From Candidatus Nanopusillus sp. (GTDB lineage Archaea; Nanobdellota; Nanobdellia; Nanobdellales; Nanobdellaceae): DNA of 21,623 nt. A program made the position numbers and the translations under genes. The stretch is from assembly GCA_028275775.1 (NCBI GenBank), contig JAPWTZ010000009.1:1-21623 (forward strand), given 5' to 3'. Within the stretch, counting starts at the first letter, position 1, and each line of letters opens with the position of its first letter. Below the pieces are notes generated by a model that saw only the letters and a program-made list of their open reading frames with translations, ran no database searches and was not told the DNA's origin. Below, one piece after another: positions 20,726 through 21,623 of this stretch.

Positions 20726-21623
20726 TATTTTCCTATCTTTTTTGATATAATATTTATATATTGTGGATTTATACTATAAATATATTCATTATTATTTACT
20801 TCTCTTAATAATATACCTTGTTTATACATTTTGTTCAAATATTTTGATACAGTGTTCCTTGGAAGATTTAATATTTTTGATATTTCCTTTGAAGACATTT
20901 TATTTTTATATAATACTTCTAAAATCTTTATTTGTGTATTAGATAATTTTATATCGCTTTCTAAATTCTTTATTTCTCCTAATTCTTTACTTATATTATC
21001 TATTCCTTCTTCTAATAAATTATTTAATTCAATAAATATCTGTCTAACATTATTATTATTTTTTCTTATTATATTTCTCAATATTTTTTCATCTATATTT
21101 ACCCTTCCCTTTAATTTTTTATTTATCAATTTTAATATTTCATCTTCCGGAGGGAATTTCATTTCAATTTTTCTATATAATCTATTTAAGAAAGATAAAG
21201 TAGCATTCATTATTTGTGGAGATGGTTGAATTAACATTATTGAATGAACAATTTTATTATCATATAAATATTTCAATTTTTTAGATACATCTTCTGGAAA
21301 ATTATAAAATTCATCTAATATTAATACTATAGGTAATTTATTTTCAAATTTAAAGAATAAAAACTTAATATATTTATTTTTCTCAATTATTTCATCTATA
21401 TCTTTGTCTTTTTCATATTCTCCATTTATATATATTACATTATAATCATCTGATAGATCTTTTTTAATTCTAAATGCTAAAGAAGTTTTTCCAGATCCAA
21501 TTGGTCCATATAATAGAAATATTTCACCATTTATTATAGAATCTTTTACCTTTTTTATTATATCATCTACTCCTACTAAATCTTCATTTGGCCTTATATC
21601 TAAAGGATTTTTAGAGAACCCGT
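20725..21623 (-). CDS. AAA+ P-loop ATPase with C-terminal winged-helix HTH (Orc1/Cdc6-like or archaeal-ATPase-like), 5' end outside window
   Basis: The frame stays open from the track's TTG (21276) to the window edge. My translation upstream reads ...DLVGVDDIIKKVKDSIINGEIFLLYGPIGSGKTSLAFRI (Walker A) ... PIVLILDEFYNF (Walker B) joined to the track's 183 aa. C-terminal wHTH: LSNTQIKILEVLYKNKMSSKEISKILNLPRNTVSKYLNKMYKQGILLRE. Confidence 0.6.
   Translation of the reverse strand, partial: GFSKNPLDIRPNEDLVGVDDIIKKVKDSIINGEIFLLYGPIGSGKTSLAFRIKKDLSDDYNVIYINGEYEKDKDIDEIIEKNKYIKFLFFKFENKLPIVLILDEFYNFPEDVSKKLKYLYDNKIVHSIMLIQPSPQIMNATLSFLNRLYRKIEMKFPPEDEILKLINKKLKGRVNIDEKILRNIIRKNNNNVRQIFIELNNLLEEGIDNISKELGEIKNLESDIKLSNTQIKILEVLYKNKMSSKEISKILNLPRNTVSKYLNKMYKQGILLREVNNNEYIYSINPQYINIISKKIGK

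Noticed and set aside
17243-21229. ORFs 17243-17545 (+), 18561-18749 (-) and 20831-21229 (+)
   Set aside because: They are antisense to trmY, the thermopsin-like gene and the ATPase-wHTH gene respectively. All three hosts have recognisable motifs and the shadow ORFs have none.
1-21623. CRISPR arrays, IS elements, rRNA genes
   Set aside because: I saw no regularly spaced direct repeats of CRISPR size, no terminal inverted repeats bracketing a transposase-like ORF, and no long GC-rich non-coding stretch other than the four tRNAs.

Overview
Very AT-rich (about a quarter G+C by eye, not computed), tightly packed archaeal chromosomal segment. Four intact, intron-less tRNA genes are about 65% G+C against this background, which points to a thermophile. 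The gene content (archaeal DnaG, bifunctional FBP aldolase/phosphatase, ribosomal P1, archaeal AlaRS, Taw3, TrmY, a thermopsin-like protein), Asn/Tyr/Ile/Lys-rich proteins and near-absent intergenic space fit a reduced DPANN/Nanoarchaeota-like genome; that assignment is inference only. Positions ~8.0-21.6 kb are mostly recognisable housekeeping genes plus a large thermopsin-family surface protein and a 5'-truncated AAA+ ATPase-wHTH gene. The unusual part is ~1.4-8.05 kb. It holds nine same-strand, abutting or overlapping ORFs, two of which are below the supplied ORF-track cutoff. Each encodes a short polar N-terminus, one ~20-25 residue hydrophobic helix, and, in the six larger proteins, an Asn/Tyr-rich domain dense in N-glycosylation sequons with an even number of cysteines. 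I recognise no known family for any of the nine. The architecture resembles a pilin/pseudopilin-like or other surface-assembly operon, possibly a host-contact structure, but no assembly ATPase, platform protein or prepilin peptidase is in the window. A surface glycoprotein gene is transcribed divergently from this operon. Other observations include TATA-like boxes at a fixed ~-24 to -35 offset from all four tRNA 5' ends, extreme gene overlaps and abutments, an unsplit AlaRS, and a possible active-site-proximal substitution in the FBP aldolase/phosphatase.
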